Positions 57,132 through 64,000 of a stretch of 64,000 bases of DNA are shown here, one piece after another. The translations under genes were made by a program, and so were the position numbers. The notes under the pieces were generated by a model, which was not told where the DNA came from, ran no database searches, and worked only from the letters and a program-made list of their open reading frames with translations. Position 1 is the stretch's first letter. Every line of letters begins with the position of its first letter. Where the stretch lies: NCBI GenBank assembly GCA_012295275.1, contig CM022674.1, forward strand, positions 16,554,001 to 16,618,000, given 5' to 3'. The stretch is from Chrysomallon squamiferum. Lineage: Eukaryota > Animalia > Mollusca.

Positions 57132-58487
57132 GTCACTGCAGTATTATTGAGATGCTGTCTAGAAAGGGAATTTACATTATGGAGAAGGATGAATCAGCTG
57201 TTACAGAAACAATTCTCATGCAGGCTGCACCATTCTGAGTTGTGAGTTTAATTTATTTTATTTTTGTGTTGTCAAGAGAAAAATAAGTTTTGTAATAGTT
57301 CTTAATTAGTTATGAAATACTGTAATAATAATCAGTTATTTCCTGTTGTTTTGTTGCATTACATGGTAACATAATTTATTTATAACTGCTTGTTTATTAT
57401 TATTTTTTTACTTTTTTTCAGTATGCTCATACAGCTCTAATTGATGTGCTGATGTTCATGTATGCCAGTGAATTTGTTTCAGTAGAACATGCTGTTCAAG
57501 CCGTCAGGTATGTTGTTGTGTTTATTTTTTTTATATATTATCTTGTTAAATACTAAAATTTGAAATCATTTTTCTAATTAAAATGAGTTTGTTTGCCTCT
57601 GTTAAAGTTTTTTTAATTTAATTTTTTTGATAATATATGGTAAATTAAATTTCAGTTAAAGCTGAGGTGTATTTGAAGGCATTCATCCTTCTACTTTTAT
57701 CACTAAGAAGGAGAAGTATTACGATGATTGCAGTTAAATTTGTGAATGTATGAATATATGAGGGAAGGAGAGAGGATGAAGGATGGCAAGACAGAGAACA
57801 GATGGAGAATGAAATTTGGGCTGCACATTTTGTATAATTTTGTATAATGTAAAGAGAACTCAGACTTTACATTCAGCATTTCAAACAAGAAACTTTTAAA
57901 CTTTTAAATAAATTACAACTTTTAACACATCCAGTGAACTGCCATCAGGCACTGAGAACACACTTATTTTCTGGTTAAATAAAGTTTGTTCTGCTGCCAT
58001 TGCAATAGAGAAAATATCTCAGCAGGTGAATTTGAGTGTTTTCTTATATATTTCTCATTATTCTAAAAATAATGAAGTTTAATTTAATTTAATATATGAA
58101 TTTGCAGTTTCTGAATAATATATCGGTAAGTACACATATACACACACATACACACAGACACATGCACACACACACATGCATATACTTACACTGATATAAA
58201 TGCAATTATTTTGTTGTAAATGTTTGTGTATTTTAAAACAAAGGAATGAGTATTTTAAAGTGTTTAACTTTCCTTTTACATAGCAGACAATGTACTGTAG
58301 TTTCTATTGTCTGCAGTCTCAGTTTTCATGGTTAGTTTAATAAACAATTTTTGTAAATAATAATATGAATCAGTTGGTAACTTTAAAATTTAGTATATAC
58401 TAACTTATGAATGTTTATAAATAGTTTTGAGAGATGTAGTGTTATTGTGTTTTTAATTTTATATTTCATAATCTGAAAAATATATAG

Positions 58488-58577
<90 letters not shown>

Positions 58578-59600
58578 CAGTCATATATCATCATCCTTAT
58601 TTTTTCCTGTATTATTAGATATTAACTGCCTCATTGTTATTTGTTTTTTCTTCAGATATATGTTTGAACGAGGACTTCCTGTGCACATGAGATAGAATAC
58701 AAGAAAAACTCTTAGTCTTTCCTGCAGAGCAGTTCTGGATAGAAATGATAAAACTGACAGACAGGACAACTTATGGTTGGTCAGGAAGCAAAAAGTAAGT
58801 TTTGTGAGATTTTTAAATTAATCTTTCATTATATTATTTTATGAAATTTATTATGAGATTTATACTATTCAGTTTTAGTGTATATTTAGAGGTATGCTTT
58901 TATGTATCTAAATCAATTTTTATTATTTAAAATAATCATTCTTGTTTGTAGTAATAGGTGATATTTTAGCCGATGATGCTTTGTGATCATAATGTATCTT
59001 CTGTGACTCACAGTCATAAAAATACCAGCTGTAGTCATAGTACTAGTTGTACTAGTAGCAGCAGTACTAATAGTAGTTTTATTGTTGCAATAGTAGTAGT
59101 AATAGAGGGAGTTTGAGTATATAACAGTTACATGAGAAATTATTATAAAAGTCAAATGGAAAGTAGGTGTAGAAATAGGAACAATAGTAGTTGTAGTAGT
59201 AGTAGTAGTTGTTGTTGTTTTTGTTGTAGTAGTTATAACGATAATAGTATAAAAAATATATTTGTTAGTTGAATAGGGGGAAAAAGAAAGAAAAATCATT
59301 AATACTTTATTTACCATTTTATTTAATACTTTATTCATTTGTTTGTTTGTTTATTTACTTAATATTTTATTCAGTATTTTATTTATTTATTTATTGATTC
59401 AATGATTTATTGATTTATTTATTTACACAGACAAGACAGTGCTCTCACCAATCAGATTCAGACCAGTTTGTTCTTCATTCTCTTGTCCAACATCAGATTC
59501 GACTCAGTCTTGTGTCAAAATTTCACCAATGATGAGCAGCTCAGTTTTGTTTACCTGGACATGCAGTGGACACTGCAGCTGACCACGTCCAACTACAACA
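57132..59600 (+). pseudogene. Spliced ankyrin-repeat (possibly ankyrin + SOCS box) pseudogene; exons 57132-57241, 57422-57507, 58656-58794, 59431-~59600
   Basis: Canonical AG/GT sites with consistent phases (0, 2, 0) give GHCSIIEMLSRKGIYIMEKDESAVTETILMQAAPF*V | YAHTALIDVLMFMYA... | RYMFERGLPVHMR*NTRKTLSLSC... | ...LHSLVQHQIRLSLVSKFHQ**AAQFCLP. Confidence 0.55.
58492..58575. repeat. (CT)n microsatellite
   Basis: Perfect dinucleotide run. Confidence 0.99.
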
Positions 59601-61723
59601 ACTCTGACAGCATGAAGTTGTAGAGTGTTACTACACCAAGTGACCAATCTCAACAGTCAAATGTGAGCAATCAGGAGAAAAACTTGAAGCTTTAATACTA
59701 AAACCAGCCAAAGAAAAACACTGAATCATTCAAAAGCACAGGAAAGAGACAAAACTCAAAGAAACAGGACAACATCTCCAACAATGTCTAGGAAATTTCC
59801 TCACACATCACATGTCACAGCTTATGGATTTCCTGACTCATACAGCAGAGTGGGACCAGTGCAGTATCAGTGACTATAACACTTGCTGTCTTCTTGCAGT
59901 GCTGCAGTCAGGAATTATTTTCTCAATCTACACATCATACTGTGACATATGAAATATGAGGTGTTAATGTTCAGAAAATAATTTTTGGTTCACCCAGTAC
60001 ATCAGTGTGTGTCTCTTAGGCTGATGTTTTCACTTCTATTTTGACAGCATAAAGAAAAAATCCTGACAGATTGAGTAAATGCTTATATCTCTTAATGTTT
60101 ATTAAGTTTAGGTTAATGTAGCAAAACTATGTAAATAAAAATATTCCTCATCTTAGGATGTTTCATAATGTTAGCTAAAAATATTAAATTAAAAACAGAA
60201 TACAAAATAATTGGAAATGTTTATTTCAACAAAAAAACAAGTTAATATTGGAACTACTTTTTCATAAAAAAACCCCATAATTTTAGAAAAATGTCATAAA
60301 ATTCCTTACATAAAAATTTAGAAAAGCATGATATAAAATATTTTTGAACTTTTAAATTAAAAATGTTTTAAAACCTTTGATAAGGTTTTAAAGATGAGAG
60401 CCAAGAGTGCTGTAAAATATAAAAATACCAAGATTTCTGTCTATCCAACAAAAGTATAATAATAAAATATACAAAATGAAATAAAAAATAACCAGGATAT
60501 TTGTTTACAAAAAAGTTAAAAGCTCAATAAATAACTTGTAATCTGAAAATTATTTATTCAGAAAATTTATGATTTCTGATTTTATCTTCTAAAACACACA
60601 AAATTATATACTTCCATTTTATGTTTTATTACAATACCTTTATTGGGTAAATCTTTACTAGAAGTCTTGGTGTTCTTTGTTATTTTATATTTGGTATAGA
60701 TAATTCAGTAGATTTTTTTTTTTAAATAAAATAAGAAATACAAAAAATAAAACAAAAATGAAATTATCTCCCCTGGACCAAACAACTTTATATAAAATGT
60801 GTACTTTTTTTTTTACAAAGCAGTAATCAAGGATTTCTAACAAATTATTTTTAAAAATAAAAGTCTTTTTTTCACAGGCCTGACTGAACTTGGTGCTGTA
60901 TTGGGTCGAAACATTATGTATATTGGTCTATATGTAACTACATCTTGTATGAAAAACATTGTGACTTTCAATATGAAATCACAGTTTCACAGTTTTATAA
61001 ATTATTCACTAAGTGTAGTCCATGACTCACACAAGTAATGTTTTTAAACTTTTGTTTGGTGTGGATTTTTCTAGAAGTTCTCAGTATTCTTCAAGCATTC
61101 GGCTTCTTTTTATTTTTTTGTTGAGATGTTTCATCTTCTACAATTTCTTCTGCTTGCTGAGTTCAGTGTGATCAGAAAACTTGAAAAACTTGGAAAAAAC
61201 TCAAGAAGCCATTTAGAATTAACAGATGATTATCATTAACACTTCTCATTATAAACAAAACTGATAATTTAAAAACAAAAATAAATGTGTTTTTTTTAAA
61301 ACTAAAATAATATTCAGAAGTGTATAAACAGTATTAATTTGTCCTGATTATAAAAGTTTACCTCAGAATGTGTATTATATAATTTGACATGTAAAATGAA
61401 GACTAGATAAAATTCAAATCTGATGTTTTGTGACTTAATAGTAGAGTTGAGATGAGAAGTAACAGATTGTAGTATCAATCTTGATTTGTGCAGTGTGTTA
61501 TTCATGTTTAAAAAATGTACACTCAACACTGAACATAAAAAGTAATTGACTTAATTAACAGTGAAAATGTAGAGTGTTTTTCTCTTACACTGTCATTATC
61601 AAAAATAATTAATAACTGTCATCTGAAACAGACCATTTAAAATTATTAATCACACTTCATGATTACCGAAAGGCTGAGGAAAAAAGTTATTAAAAATTGT
61701 GAGAGATACTTTTACATTTATTT

Positions 61724-62909
61724 ACCAGTCAAGCAGACAGTTAAACTAATATGATGTGAAGAATCTGCTGTAAACAGATTTCTGTACTCTGTGTGCAACA
61801 CCAGCTTGTGTCAAAACATCAGACATGACATTCATACATTTAAAACAAAAATGTCAGTAATAGTATTACAAATGTGATGTACATACAGTTTACTTACAAA
61901 TCACTCAGCCTGTTAAAACAGCACTGATGTAAAACATCTGATTGTCTAACTGTCCTGTGATTTCTTTGCTGTAAGAATCTGCTGTAAATAGATTTCTGTA
62001 CTCTGTGGTGATTCTGACATAACATCCAGCTTGTTTCTAGAAATAAAACATTAACTGTACATTTTTGTAGAACAACTATAACAATTGTATGTCTTCATTT
62101 GAATTTGGAGTGATGTTTTCAACTAATATATATATATGTAGAATGAAATAAAATTTAACTAAAATAAAATAAAGTCAAACTGTATTTATTAAAATATTTC
62201 TTATTGTTCCTGTACTTTTTATTATCTGGGAATGTGTCTGTTTAAAACAAATTTGAACAAATCAAGTGAGAACCTTTAAGTATGAATCTAATAATTTTAA
62301 AAATAAAATATAATATATATATATATTTTTTTATTTTTTTTTTTTTTTTAAATTGATAACAATTACAATCTAAAATCTTTATCTTATTCTTAATTTTTAA
62401 ATTTAAACTTTCTAAAATACATGTTCAATTGACTATTTCCTCTTACAGCTATGTTATCACAATTGGTAAATCAATGACAAAGTCTGTATTTACAAATAAA
62501 CAATAAAATTATATCTAATAATATTAATATTAAAACATTCTCAGATGAAATTAAGTAATTTATTATTTTAGAGTTTATAAAATCTGGTAGTAAACTGAAT
62601 TACCTGTCCATTGTACCCAGCATCTGTTTACAAACATGTTGAGTACATCCAGTGTCTGAGTCTGTACAAATTTCTCTTAACAGTCAGGACTGGAGAAGTG
62701 TGTGTTCTTCACTGAACTGTGCACTACACACATGGTCAAGTGGTCATCCTTGGCCTGAAGGAACCTGGCCTTTTTCTGAACAGAAAGAGCTTGTTTATCC
62801 TGTAAAGTCATAAATTACATTTATCATTGATAAACCTTAACAATGAAATGAGTTAACTAAAAAATTGTAACATTTATTACTGATAACTCTAATAAATAAA
62901 ATTATAGTT

Positions 62910-62945
<36 letters not shown>

Positions 62946-63564
62946 ATAAAATTTATCATTGGTAATCTCTGGAAACAAAAACAAATTACTATTTAAATAT
63001 CACCTAAAATATTAGAATAACAAATTATTTAGTCAGAATAAATTGATTTTGCTGAGATTTTTCTGTATTTTATTATTGTTCATAATAACCAACAAAAAGG
63101 AAAATGAATATTTCAAGGTTTTTTTTTTTTTCAGTTTAGTGACAAAACTTTCATTGTGTCAAACATTTTTCTTAAAAAAGATTATTTCCCATAAATATAA
63201 AAAAAAAAAAAAAAAAATCTTTAGGATGGAGGAAAAATAATTTATTTTATTCATGAATAATTTTACTTCTTTCTGTTTTTAAAAACAATAAATTCATTTC
63301 CTTGTATGTATTTTTTTTTCATCTTCAATACAAAAGATGTTTTATGTAAAATTTGTTTAATAATAATTTTGGATGTTTAATGTTATAATAGCTTAATCAT
63401 ATTTGTAATACCAATACAAAAAATGAATTTCAAACCTCTGGTCTGTATAAAACACTTTGCACAGACAACACAGACACAACTGTGACAATTCCAGAACTAC
63501 AGGCCAAGTGAAATGACATGACAAACATCTTGGACAATATGGACTCCAGTGGAAATTCAACCAT
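61724..63564 (-). pseudogene. Decayed EGF-like (MEGF10/SCARF-type) exons: 63564-63436, 62799-62604, 62036-61898, ~61830-61724
   Basis: AG/GT-bounded blocks (129, 196 and 139 bp) carry frame-broken Cys/Gly motifs (HWSPYC, NCHSC, DAGYNGQ, QAGCY...ITGQ). The last two blocks share AAGAATCTGCTGTAAAyAGATTTCTGTACTCTGTG. Confidence 0.35.
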
Positions 63565-64000
63565 CTGTAAATACAAAATAAATATATAACAAATATACAT
63601 GATTAATAGTTGTAAAAGATTTTACAACAACAACAACAACAACAATAATAAGAACAATAACAACTGTATTTTACTTCAAAATATCAGCATGATAAATATA
63701 TATAAAACAATGTTTTTCACACACAACAAAATTTTAAATAAATTTTTAAATATACCTATCCACTTCATAACAGCTAGTATATTAAAAATGTGTATATACA
63801 TATATAGTTTTAAATATTACTTTGCGAAAAATATATATATAGGCCTATATTGTATAATATACACTACAGTTATACTGTATACTCTGTAATACACTTAAAC
63901 ACTAATACAGGGCAGCGGGCTTGAAATGGCCAAAGATCCGTTTGGGCGACTTGACCTGTTTATCTATAAGTTATAATTCAAGAGCCACTATTAATTACTT

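Overview
This is very AT-rich, microsatellite-dense animal genomic DNA with GT-AG introns. Gene content suggests a mollusc or other lophotrochozoan (inference). Most ORFs in the track are translations of simple repeats. The supportable coding content is: a hidden multi-exon beta-microseminoprotein-like gene with a decayed tandem paralog (minus, ~12.3-16.0 kb); a decayed C-type lectin (26.6-27.2 kb); a two-BIR IAP exon broken by one frameshift (minus, 43.4-44.2 kb); two tandem, divergent, degenerate DDE/CxxH transposases of one unusual family, the first with a Tudor/Spin-like tail (minus, 49.4-54.7 kb); a decayed spliced ankyrin(+SOCS-like) gene (57.1-59.6 kb); and decayed EGF-like exons (61.7-63.6 kb). 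Other mobile DNA includes MULE and LINE fragments, several MITEs and SINE heads. There are several minisatellites, including a 2.3-kb array of a 24-bp E-box-containing unit. All calls come from manual reading and motif recognition; no database searches were run.
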